A stretch of 64,000 bases of DNA. Origin: an uncultured Rivularia sp. (GTDB lineage: Bacteria > Cyanobacteriota > Cyanobacteriia > Cyanobacteriales > Nostocaceae). Shown one piece after another: positions 21,392 through 30,330 of this stretch. The notes beneath the pieces were generated by a model, which saw nothing but the letters and a program-made list of their open reading frames with translations, was not told where the DNA came from and made no database searches. The stretch is from NCBI GenBank assembly GCA_963665115.1, contig OY762007.1:3168001-3232000 (forward strand). Direction: 5' to 3'. A program made the translations under genes and the position numbers. Position 1 is the first letter of the stretch, and the number at the start of each line of letters is the position of its first letter.

Positions 21392-22750
21392 ATGACAGGT
21401 AAGTACGACTCCCATTTAAAATGTTCATTTTGTGGAAAATCTCAAGAGCAGGTACGCAAGCTAATCGCCGGACCGGGAGTCTACATCTGCGATGAGTGCG
21501 TTGACTTGTGTAACGAGATATTAGATGAAGAATTGCTCGATACTAATAGTACAGCAACTGCTTCGCAGCCAGCACCGCGTTCGGAGCCACCTCAGAAACG
21601 CCGTACCCGTTCTGCCAGTCTCTCGTTTAACCAAATACCTAAACCGCGAGAGATTAAGAATTACCTAGACGAACACGTTATTGGTCAAGAAGAAGCCAAA
21701 AAAGTGCTTTCAGTCGCGGTATACAATCACTACAAAAGATTGTCACTGATTAATAGTTCTAAAGAAGTCAGCAAAGATGAGGGCGAGGATTCAGAAACAG
21801 TAGAACTTCAAAAATCGAATATTTTGTTGATTGGTCCTACAGGGTGCGGTAAGACTCTGCTGGCGCAAACTTTAGCGAAAATTCTTGACGTACCTTTTGC
21901 TGTTGCTGACGCTACGACCCTCACCGAAGCCGGTTATGTGGGTGAAGATGTAGAAAACATTTTGCTGCGACTTTTACAAGTTGCCGATTTGGATGTTGAA
22001 GAAGCGCAGCGTGGAATTATCTACATCGACGAAATTGATAAAATCGCTCGCAAGAGCGAAAATCCCTCAATTACGCGGGATGTTTCTGGTGAAGGCGTAC
22101 AGCAAGCTTTGCTGAAAATGCTCGAAGGAACCGTTGCCAACGTACCTCCTCAAGGAGGACGCAAGCACCCCTATCAAGACTGCATCCAGATTGATACGAG
22201 CAATATTCTATTCGTCTGTGGTGGTGCTTTCGTAGGTTTGGAAAAGGTAGTAGAGCAGAGAACTGGTAAAAAGGCAATAGGATTTTTACAGCCAGGAGAA
22301 GGGCAATCCAAAGAAAAGCGGGTAGCGGATACCGTGCGTCATTTAGAGCCGGGGGATCTAGTTAAGTTTGGGATGATACCCGAATTTATTGGACGGGTTC
22401 CAATGGTAGCTGTAGTAGATCCACTTGATGAAGAAGCGCTGATGTCGATTTTAACCGAACCGCGTAGCGCTTTAGTCAAGCAGTATCAAAAGCTGTTGAA
22501 TATGGATAGCGTTCAGTTAGAGTTTAATGCAGAAGCTCTCAAAGCAATAGCTCAAGAAGCTTACCGTCGTAAGACTGGCGCTAGAGCATTACGAGGCATT
22601 GTAGAGGAGCTAATGCTGGATGTAATGTATGAGCTACCCTCCCGTCAAGATGTGAATGTTTGTACGGTAACTCGCGAAATGGTAGAGAAACGTTCCACAG
22701 CAGAATTGTTGGTACATCCCTCTTCCCTACCGAAGCCTGAATCAGCTTAA
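21392..22750 (+). CDS. clpX: Clp protease ATP-binding subunit
   Basis: CSFCGK zinc finger, [17 protein letters not shown] loop. Confidence 0.97.
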   Translation: MTGKYDSHLKCSFCGKSQEQVRKLIAGPGVYICDECVDLCNEILDEELLDTNSTATASQPAPRSEPPQKRRTRSASLSFNQIPKPREIKNYLDEHVIGQEEAKKVLSVAVYNHYKRLSLINSSKEVSKDEGEDSETVELQKSNILLIGPTGCGKTLLAQTLAKILDVPFAVADATTLTEAGYVGEDVENILLRLLQVADLDVEEAQRGIIYIDEIDKIARKSENPSITRDVSGEGVQQALLKMLEGTVANVPPQGGRKHPYQDCIQIDTSNILFVCGGAFVGLEKVVEQRTGKKAIGFLQPGEGQSKEKRVADTVRHLEPGDLVKFGMIPEFIGRVPMVAVVDPLDEEALMSILTEPRSALVKQYQKLLNMDSVQLEFNAEALKAIAQEAYRRKTGARALRGIVEELMLDVMYELPSRQDVNVCTVTREMVEKRSTAELLVHPSSLPKPESA

Positions 22751-22833
22751 ATATAGTTAGGAATTAAAAAGTTAGAAGTTAGGAATTATTCTTAACTTCT
22801 AATTTTTTATTTTTGATATTTAATTTTTGATGC

Positions 22834-23730
22834 ATGACTTATATTAAGGTTCGTGGCGTAGAACATTACTACGAGTGGATTAAACAAACATCTGATGGTT
22901 CGGAAAAACCAGTAATGGTGTTTATCCACGGTTGGGCTGGTAGCGCTCGATATTGGCAGACTACTGCCAAAGTTTTATCAGAACAGTTTGATTGTTTACT
23001 TTACGATATGCGGGGATTTGGACGTTCCCGTGGCAAACCTATTGTTGAATCGGAGTCCCTTCAAGATCGAGAAGGCGAAGAAGCAATAGAAGAATTAACC
23101 TATGAGCTAGAAGAATACGTTGAAGATTTAGCAGTATTACTTGATGAATTGCAGTTGCAGCGCGTTTACATCAATGCTCATTCGATGGGTGCATCAATTG
23201 CGACTTTGTTTCTGAACCAATATCAACAACGTGTAGAAAAAACAATTCTGACTTGTAGCGGTATTTTTGAGTATGACAAAAAATCTTTTGAGGCTTTTCA
23301 TAAATTTGGTGGCTACGTCGTCAAATTCCGTCCTCAGTGGTTAGCAAAAATTCCATTAGTTGACAGAATGTTTATGGCACGGTTTCTGTATCGTTCTATA
23401 AAAGTAACCGAACGTCAGGCTTTTTTACAAGACTTTCTGATAGCAGATTACGAAGCGGCTTTAAATACAATTTATACTTCTGTAAGCAAAGCTCAGGCTG
23501 AATTAATGCCACACGAATTTGCCAAGCTCAAAGTACCAACCTTATTAATATCTGGGGAATACGATCGGATTATTCCTGCCGATATGGGACGAAAAGCAGC
23601 AACATTGAGCGATCGAGTTGAGTATGTGATGATTCCCAATACGGCTCATTTTCCTATGTTAGAAGATCCAAAAACTTATTTGGAAACGGTCAAGAAATTT
23701 TTGCAATTACCTACACTGCTGTCTGCGTGA
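22834..23730 (+). CDS. alpha/beta fold hydrolase
   Basis: FIHGW, YDMRGFGRS, AHSMG, AHFPMLE. Confidence 0.9.
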   Translation: MTYIKVRGVEHYYEWIKQTSDGSEKPVMVFIHGWAGSARYWQTTAKVLSEQFDCLLYDMRGFGRSRGKPIVESESLQDREGEEAIEELTYELEEYVEDLAVLLDELQLQRVYINAHSMGASIATLFLNQYQQRVEKTILTCSGIFEYDKKSFEAFHKFGGYVVKFRPQWLAKIPLVDRMFMARFLYRSIKVTERQAFLQDFLIADYEAALNTIYTSVSKAQAELMPHEFAKLKVPTLLISGEYDRIIPADMGRKAATLSDRVEYVMIPNTAHFPMLEDPKTYLETVKKFLQLPTLLSA

Positions 23731-23734
23731 GAGA

Positions 23735-23885
23735 TGAGGGGATGGATGGGGAGACAAGGGGACAAGGAGATGAAGAGGTGAGGGGATGATGGGATAAGAG
23801 GATGAGGAAATAACTTTTATTTCATCACACCATCATCATTCTTTACTCGCTACTCACTACTTACTACTCCCTAACTCTTCCCCAT
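23735..23885. repeat. degenerate STRR-type short tandem repeats between convergent genes
   Basis: GGGACAAG/GGGGATGA-like units, then ACTCACT-like units. Confidence 0.6.
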
Positions 23886-23896
23886 GACCAATTCCC

Positions 23897-24886
23897 TTAT
23901 CCCAAACCCAATTCTCTCTTGAGTAAATTAATTGATTTACTGCCGATATAATTTTCACAATTAACTAGTTTAGGTGGACGAATGATGTCTTCTATCGCCA
24001 TCTGCATGGCACCTTGTACTGCTGAATAACTAGTCTTATCAGTACAAAAAATTAATTGTGCCCGCTTAACTATTGCCCCTAATTTATAGCTATCTTTAGG
24101 TTGGGAAGTCATCACCAATATTTCGTCTCCCCGCAAACCGTGAAGAATTACTTCTGTTGCTCGGAGAATTCCGGAACTAAGGCTGACAATGCCAATACAA
24201 CTATCTTTTGATAGATTTTTAACAATATTGAATTCTTTGGCGTAATCATGGATATCAAGAGGAATTACACGTACTGCTCTAGGTGCTGCAATTGCTTCTA
24301 CTTCTCCGATAAAATATCGACTTGTAACAACCGTTGCCGAAGTAGTTTTATCTAATACAGCGGATAGTTCTTCGGTAGCTACTAACTGTACTGGTATTTG
24401 TAGCGTTTGTTCCAATTCTTGTACTATCAATTCACCAGCACCAATATCCTGACTAGGGACAGCTACAAGCACCCGCGCACTACAACGTAACCGCCAATCA
24501 ATTTCTGCCAGAAATATTTCGCGGGCTTGATTGAGCGAACAACCTTGAGCAAGTAGTTCATCAAGTGCCTTCTGAACAACTTTGTATGCTAAGGGATGTT
24601 GTTTAAGAATCGGTGACTGTAGCTTGCTACCACCCTCATGTCCCTGAGCGCGGACGTAAATTCCCGAACCAGCCAGACTTTCTACCAGCCCGTCTTCCTC
24701 CAATTGGCGGTAAACTTTGCTAATAGTATTGCGATGCAAGCCGGTTTGCATCGCCAACGCTCTGGTTGAAGGCAACTTATAGGCTGGTGGATATTGCCTT
24801 GAGGCGATCGCAAATCTAATTTGGTTGAACAGTTGAGTTGATGCGGGAATTTCACTATCTGGCTGAATGCGGAATTGAATCATCAC
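23897..24886 (-). CDS. plmA: GntR family regulator PlmA
   Basis: MIQFRIQPDSEIPASTQLFNQIRFAIASRQYPP..LPSTRALA..HRNTISKVY. Confidence 0.85.
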   Translation of the reverse strand: MMIQFRIQPDSEIPASTQLFNQIRFAIASRQYPPAYKLPSTRALAMQTGLHRNTISKVYRQLEEDGLVESLAGSGIYVRAQGHEGGSKLQSPILKQHPLAYKVVQKALDELLAQGCSLNQAREIFLAEIDWRLRCSARVLVAVPSQDIGAGELIVQELEQTLQIPVQLVATEELSAVLDKTTSATVVTSRYFIGEVEAIAAPRAVRVIPLDIHDYAKEFNIVKNLSKDSCIGIVSLSSGILRATEVILHGLRGDEILVMTSQPKDSYKLGAIVKRAQLIFCTDKTSYSAVQGAMQMAIEDIIRPPKLVNCENYIGSKSINLLKRELGLG

Positions 24887-25095
24887 CTTCGTTATAGGGG
24901 TGCTAATAGCTTAAAAGGGAACTTGTAAAAATCGGTGTAGTTGCTTTTGGGTCGGATATTTTATTTATACAACGAATTTAATAAGGGAAAGTTTTTATCG
25001 TCGGGGTTATTACTAATTGATAATTTTATGAGAGTTAAACAGTTGTTACTGGCATCACTATATCTAATAATCACACCACACTGGTAAAAACTATT

Positions 25096-25836
25096 ATGAC
25101 AGACCGTGTAATCGACACTAAAACCGTAACAATAGGCTCAGATTCGGTGCAAGTAGATGCTTATTTGGCAAAACCTCAAGCTGAAGGCAATTATCCGGGA
25201 ATTGTAGTTTTGCAGGAGATATTTGGAGTTAACGCGCACATTCAGGAAGTTACCGAACGTATCGCCAAGGAAGGATATATTGCGATTGCCCCCGCATTAT
25301 TTCAACGTCAAGCACCCGGGTTTGCTACCGGCTATACTCCCGAAGATATAGAAGTGGGTAGAAATTACGCTTGGGGACAAACTAAAGCATCGGAGCTACT
25401 AAGCGATATTCAATCGGCTATAGATTATCTAAAAACCTTACCCGAAGTAAAAAAAGATGCATTCGGCTGCATTGGTTTCTGCTTCGGCGGTCATGTAGCA
25501 TATCTTGCTGCCAGTTTAGCCGATATAAAAGCTACCGCTTCATTTTATGGCGCACGTATAACCACTACTACTCCCGGTGGTGACGAACCTACTATAAATG
25601 TTACTTCACAAATCAAAGGTATGCTTTATACCTTTTTTGGTATGGAAGATTCCAGTATCCCTACAGAACAAGTAGACCAAATTGAAGCTGAATTAGAAAA
25701 ATGTCAAGTACCGGGAAGTGTATTTCGTTACAAAGGTGCCAACCACGGCTTTTTTTGCGATCGCCGTGCTAGCTACAATGCTCAAGCTGCTGCGGATGCT
25801 TGGGAACAGGTTAAAGAATTATTTGGGCAGCTTTAG
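25096..25836 (+). CDS. dienelactone hydrolase family protein
   Basis: QEIFGVN, GFCFGG, HGFFCD. Confidence 0.92.
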   Translation: MTDRVIDTKTVTIGSDSVQVDAYLAKPQAEGNYPGIVVLQEIFGVNAHIQEVTERIAKEGYIAIAPALFQRQAPGFATGYTPEDIEVGRNYAWGQTKASELLSDIQSAIDYLKTLPEVKKDAFGCIGFCFGGHVAYLAASLADIKATASFYGARITTTTPGGDEPTINVTSQIKGMLYTFFGMEDSSIPTEQVDQIEAELEKCQVPGSVFRYKGANHGFFCDRRASYNAQAAADAWEQVKELFGQL

Positions 25837-26054
25837 CCATTTTGACTGGATTTGTAGGATATGGTGTAAGAGTTGTCATTTAGTTATCGATCGGATAATT
25901 AACTTTTTACAATCTGCTTTATTTTACGGCTGCAAAACTGTTTAAAAAAGTGTTTGAAAGAATGAATTATTATTCGTTACATAATTAATCATTGATAACT
26001 AATAAATTGCTCTCTCGAAGGGCGCTATAAATCTTAATTCATCTTCAATTTGTT

Positions 26055-26970
26055 ATGGAGAACGAAGCAAACATCTCTCAAAAAGCCGGTACGTCCTTTA
26101 CAATGGACGATTTTGCCGCAGCTTTAGAAAAACATGATTACCAGTTCCAAAAAGGGCAGGTAGTCAAAGGAAAAGTATTCCAAATTGATCCAGATGGAGC
26201 TTATGCCGATATTGGAGGCAAGTCAAGTGCCTTTATTCCTCGTCATGAAGCGGCTTTGAGAGAGGTAATAGATTTATCAGAAGTTCTACCACTTCATGAG
26301 GAACTAGAATTTGTAATTGTCCAAGAGCAAAATGCAGAAGGGCAAGTAACTGTTTCTCGCCGCCAGTTAGAAATGAGACAGATTTGGAAAAAACTGGTAG
26401 AAATGCAAGAAACTACCAAAAGTGTAGACGTGGAGGTAATGAAACGCCAACAAAGGTGGTGTCACTGTCGATCTTCTCGGTTTGCGCGGCTTTATTCCTC
26501 GTTCTCACTTACTTGAGCGCAACAACTTGGAGGCACTCAAAGGGCGAAAACTCACTGTTAGCTTTTTAGAAGTTAATCAGAATACGAATAAACTTGTACT
26601 TTCCCAACGTTTAGCAAAAAGTTCCGCGAGCTTCAGTTTATTAGAAATAGGTCAGTTAATAGAAGGGAAAATAACTGGTATCAAAGCATTTGGCGTATTT
26701 GTTGATATAAACGGCGTTAGCGCTTTACTTCACATCAAACAGATAAGCCAGAAGTTTATTGACAATATCGAAAAGGTATTTCAACCCGATCGAGAAATTA
26801 AAGCTCTTATCATCGATATAGATGAAGGAAAAGGTAGAGTTGCACTTTCTACCAGAGTTTTAGAAAACTTCCCTGGTGAAATGCTTGAAAATATGGAAGA
26901 AGTCATGACTTCCGCCGAAGCACGCGCCGAAAGAGCTAGAAAACAGCTTTTGGAATCAGCTAACGGTTAA
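26055..26970 (+). CDS. S1 RNA-binding domain protein, second ribosomal S1 homologue (apparent +1 frameshift at 26442-26444)
   Basis: Three S1 repeats: ADIGGKSSAFIP, LRGFIPRSHL, FGVFVDINGVSALLHI. Confidence 0.9.
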
Positions 26971-27016
26971 TAAGAGTTAGGAATTGATAGTTGAAGGATT
27001 TCACAACTAACAACTA

Positions 27017-27508
27017 TCAACTAACTACCAACAATTCCCTATTATGCCGATAGCAATTTCGCATTTTCTGTAATATTTCTTCATCAAAGGTAAATTTAAT
27101 TAGTTTAATTAGTTTGCCCCATTCATAGAGAGCTTCTTTACCAATACTTTGATTAAATTGAATGGCATAAAACCGCGCCCACCACTTGGGTGCTTGCTTC
27201 CTATTAACAAAATCATGTTTCTTCAACCAGCGTCTGCACCATTTAGCCATTTCTGAAGCGGAAGGTGGCGCAACTCCTATTACTGGCGGGAAATCGGCGT
27301 AGCTGACAAATTTGCTCAAACCCTTGCCGTGGACATAGACGACATATTGCCAGCATTCGACTACATAAATATCTTCAAATTTGATTTTAAATTTCAAACA
27401 AACTGCTTCTTCTGTAACGAATCGCGCTAATGGGTGAATTTCTGAGGACTTATAAGAAATTTTTGATTCCCTGATGACAAGCTTTCTTGCTTTGAGCGAT
27501 GTTAACAT
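27017..27508 (-). CDS. hypothetical protein
   Basis: 163-aa ORF, ECWQYVVYVHGKGLSKFVSYADFPP; AGGA about 10 nt upstream. Confidence 0.7.
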   Translation of the reverse strand: MLTSLKARKLVIRESKISYKSSEIHPLARFVTEEAVCLKFKIKFEDIYVVECWQYVVYVHGKGLSKFVSYADFPPVIGVAPPSASEMAKWCRRWLKKHDFVNRKQAPKWWARFYAIQFNQSIGKEALYEWGKLIKLIKFTFDEEILQKMRNCYRHNRELLVVS

Positions 27509-27510
27509 GG

Positions 27511-27600
27511 TAGATGAATCCTGTAAGCGATAGTAGATGAATCCTGTAAGCAGTAATAGATGAATCCTGTAAGCAGTAATAGATGAAATCTTCTAGTAAG
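27511..27600. repeat. 23-bp tandem repeat (3 copies plus 1 degenerate)
   Basis: TAGATGAATCCTGTAAGC(GATAG/AGTAA) at 27511, 27534, 27557; partial at 27580. Confidence 0.9.
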
Positions 27601-27797
27601 TTGTAAATGATGCATTCATTTAACAGATAAACCCTATTGCTAGTAGGAGGATTCTGTGAATGTACGATTTACATTGTTTTCGGGATTTCGATATTTTGAC
27701 TATGATTGCCCTTCATTTGTTATGCTGAAGGGTAATCATTTATTTTTTCTAGAATAAAAAAATTATCTGACTAAGCGAAGTCATTTGTCAAGAGGCT

Positions 27798-28010
27798 ATG
27801 GGAATAATTAGGTTAAAAGTTCGAGAGCTTGCTGCTGAAAAAGGGTGGACAATAAAGGAGGTTTCTGACCGCTCTGGAGTTGTTTATAGTACTCTTAGAA
27901 CCTATGCCCGTTCGCCTGGAATGACGATGGTTGACTTTACTGCTATTCAAAAGCTAGCTCGTGCGTTCGACGTGATGATAGAAGAATTGGTTGAAGTAGT
28001 AGAAGAGTAA
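27798..28010 (+). CDS. XRE/Cro-type HTH regulator, copy 1 (intact)
   Basis: LAAEKGWTIKEVSDRSGVVYSTL..IQKLARAFDVMIEEL. Confidence 0.88.
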   Translation: MGIIRLKVRELAAEKGWTIKEVSDRSGVVYSTLRTYARSPGMTMVDFTAIQKLARAFDVMIEELVEVVEE

Positions 28011-28195
28011 GCTTTTTAATTAATTTTTTACAATAAAAGACTCAATGGCCTCATGGGGCTTGTAAGATTAAGGATTAGGGAATTTATCAACGAGAAAGGT
28101 TGGACGCTCAAAGAAGTCTCCGAACGTTCTGGAGTTGTTTATAGTACTCTGAGAACCTATGCCCGTTCGCCTGGAATGACGATGGTTGACTTTAC

Positions 28196-29685
28196 CATCA
28201 ACCGCGAGAAGGCTCACACCGAATTCTTTGAATCGGTGTTGAGATGAATCGCGGGCAGAGTTTTAACAGATAACGAGTCAATCCATTCTTCTACAATTGC
28301 CGTCATTGTTTTATCTCTATCTAAAGCATAAGCTCTAAGAATATTTAATCTTTTTTCGCTAATTCTTAAATTTAGTGCTTTGTTTTTCATGATAATCTAC
28401 ACAATAACTACACATATATGTTAATATATCAATAGGTCGATAGCAAGAGGGATTTATTAATGAGAATTTCTTATCAATACCGATTAAAGCCGAATAAAGA
28501 GCAACGAGAAATTATTGATAACACACTCGATATGTTGCGTTGTCAATATAATTATCAGCTTGCACAGCGGTTTGATTGGTACGAACAGAATCGCTGTTCT
28601 ATTGATAGATGCCCTCTTGTTTGTCATCTTCCAGAATTAAAAAATAAACCGAACAAAGTAAGCCAAGAAAAAAGTTTAGTTCAACTAAAAAAAGATAGAC
28701 CTTGGTACAAAAAAATTCATAGCCAGGTACTTCAAGCTGTATCTGACAAAGTAGAAAAAACTTTTGATAGATGGCTCAAAGGTGATAGTAACGGTAAGCG
28801 TTCTGGTCGTCCAAGATTTAAAGGTGTAGGACGTTATAAAACATTTACATATAAACAATTCAAACAGCATCCTAAAGTTGGTAATAAAATTACGCTATCA
28901 AAAATTGGTGAGTTAAAAGTAATTGTACACCGACCTATCCCAGATGGTTTCGTTATCAAAACCCTATCTGTAACGAAAAAAGCTAGCGGTTACTATGTAA
29001 CTTTAAGTCTTGATAACAAAGAAGTCCCAACAATTAAACCAGATTTCAATGCTGATAATATTGTAGGTATTGATGTTGGGCTGATTGATTTTTATGTAGC
29101 TTCTGATAATACCCGAATTGCTGCACCAAAACATTTACGAAAAGCACAACGTAAATTATCCGCAGCACAACGTAAAGTATCGCGGCGGCATATTGGCTCA
29201 AATCGTCGCAAAAAAGCAATTAAAAAGTTAGGTATTAGACATAAAAAGGTAGCTGATACCCGAAAAGATTTTCACTTTAAAACAGCTAAAAAACTACTAG
29301 ACAAATACGATGTCGTAGTAGTTGAAAAGCTGAATATCAAAGGACTTGTTAAAACAAGATTAGCTAAATCAATTAATGATGCTGGTTGGGGTCAATTCAT
29401 TTGTATACTGACAAACAAAGCCGAAAATGCTGGTTTGAAAGTTATTGCTGTGAATCCCAACGGTACAAGTCAATCTTGTTCTAGTTGTGGTCATATTGTC
29501 AAAAAGCCGCTGTCTCAAAGAATGCATAATTGCCCAGTGTGCAAAACCACCATCTGCCGGGACTTGAACGCAGCGCGGAACATCAAGGTGCGTGGGGACG
29601 CACGCCCTAAAAGCTCAGTTTATGTCGTCAAAGACGAGTCGCTGAGAAGCTCACACCTACTCGAAGAGAGGTGTGAGTACGTCAC
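28196..29685 (+). mobile_element. IS200/IS605-family (IS1341-type, TnpA-less) element
   Basis: Inserted 3' of TTTAC without TSD; ends in TCAC; related subterminal hairpins CTCACACC..GGTGT(T)GAG at both ends; precise removal restores the host ORF. Confidence 0.9.
28214..28390 (-). CDS. 58-aa ribbon-helix-helix-like protein (not in ORF track)
   Basis: MKNKALNLRISEKRLNILRAYALDRDKTMTAIVEEWIDSLSVKTLPAIHLNTDSKNSV; divergent from tnpB. Confidence 0.7.
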   Translation of the reverse strand: MKNKALNLRISEKRLNILRAYALDRDKTMTAIVEEWIDSLSVKTLPAIHLNTDSKNSV

Positions 29686-29755
29686 GTCCATTCAGAAGCT
29701 AGCTCGTGCGTTCGACGTGATGATTGAAGAGTTAGTCGAAGTTGTTGAAGAGTAA
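28460..29755 (+). CDS. tnpB: RNA-guided endonuclease TnpB reading through the right end into the host gene
   Basis: GIDVGL, VVEKL, CRDLNAARNI, CSSC..CPVC. Confidence 0.92.
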   Translation: MRISYQYRLKPNKEQREIIDNTLDMLRCQYNYQLAQRFDWYEQNRCSIDRCPLVCHLPELKNKPNKVSQEKSLVQLKKDRPWYKKIHSQVLQAVSDKVEKTFDRWLKGDSNGKRSGRPRFKGVGRYKTFTYKQFKQHPKVGNKITLSKIGELKVIVHRPIPDGFVIKTLSVTKKASGYYVTLSLDNKEVPTIKPDFNADNIVGIDVGLIDFYVASDNTRIAAPKHLRKAQRKLSAAQRKVSRRHIGSNRRKKAIKKLGIRHKKVADTRKDFHFKTAKKLLDKYDVVVVEKLNIKGLVKTRLAKSINDAGWGQFICILTNKAENAGLKVIAVNPNGTSQSCSSCGHIVKKPLSQRMHNCPVCKTTICRDLNAARNIKVRGDARPKSSVYVVKDESLRSSHLLEERCEYVTSIQKLARAFDVMIEELVEVVEE

Positions 29756-29871
29756 CTAATTAAAAAGGCGATACTTGGGCATGAGTTTCGCTTAACGCCA
29801 ATGCAGCAGATTATAAACTATAAGAATAATTATGCTAAAAATATAGGACTTCGCAAGTAAAAAAATTGCTC

Positions 29872-29960
29872 TCCTGATTGGCAATTATTGAGTTTACTGC
29901 CATTAGACATGAAGCTCGTGCATTCAATGTGATGATTGAAAACTAGTTGAAATAATTGAA
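29872..29960 (+). pseudogene. degenerate third XRE-HTH remnant
   Basis: GAGTTTACTGCCATT..GCTCGTGCATTCAATGTGATGATTGAA matches the 3' half of copies 1 and 2. Confidence 0.6.
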
Positions 29961-30330
29961 TGCTTAAAAATTATTAACATAAGAACATTCAATTCAGTTT
30001 TTGCTTTAATTACAAAAAATAAAAAAAGAATGCGAGTATAAAAATATAAAATTCTATTTTCAATTCTATCGAGTTAGGGTTGTTAACCGCCCGAAACCTA
30101 TATCTACACTAAATTTAAAGCAATTAACCACTAACCACTAACCACTAACAAATATATCTTCTGACTGTATAACCACGGATGGTTACAAAACTAGCGGTCA
30201 GATATTTCAGGAATAATGCGGACGCACTGTCCCGAAATATCATGGTACTTTACACATTAGCGTTCCTCTGCTAAAGAGGGCGGTTTAAGCCCGCCTTCTT
30301 AGCATTTTTCTTAGTTTAACTCAGAAATTT

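Larger units (their letters stand above)
28053..29755 (+). pseudogene. XRE/Cro-type HTH regulator, copy 2, interrupted by an IS (28053-28195 plus 29686-29755)
   Basis: Joining the pieces gives ..MVDFT-SIQKLARAFDVMIEELVEVVEE, colinear with copy 1. Confidence 0.88.

Noticed and set aside
27511..27600. Possible CRISPR mini-array
   Set aside because: Contiguous 23-bp units with no unique spacers and no cas genes nearby.
28196..29685. IStron (group I intron-IS hybrid) restoring the XRE gene by splicing
   Set aside because: Only ~260 nt precede tnpB and they are occupied by the end hairpin and the small ORF; no intron core seen.
19129..29755. Nuclease-dead TldR-type or Cas12f-type interpretation of either TnpB
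   Set aside because: Both keep the D-E-D RuvC residues, sit within IS ends and have no array.
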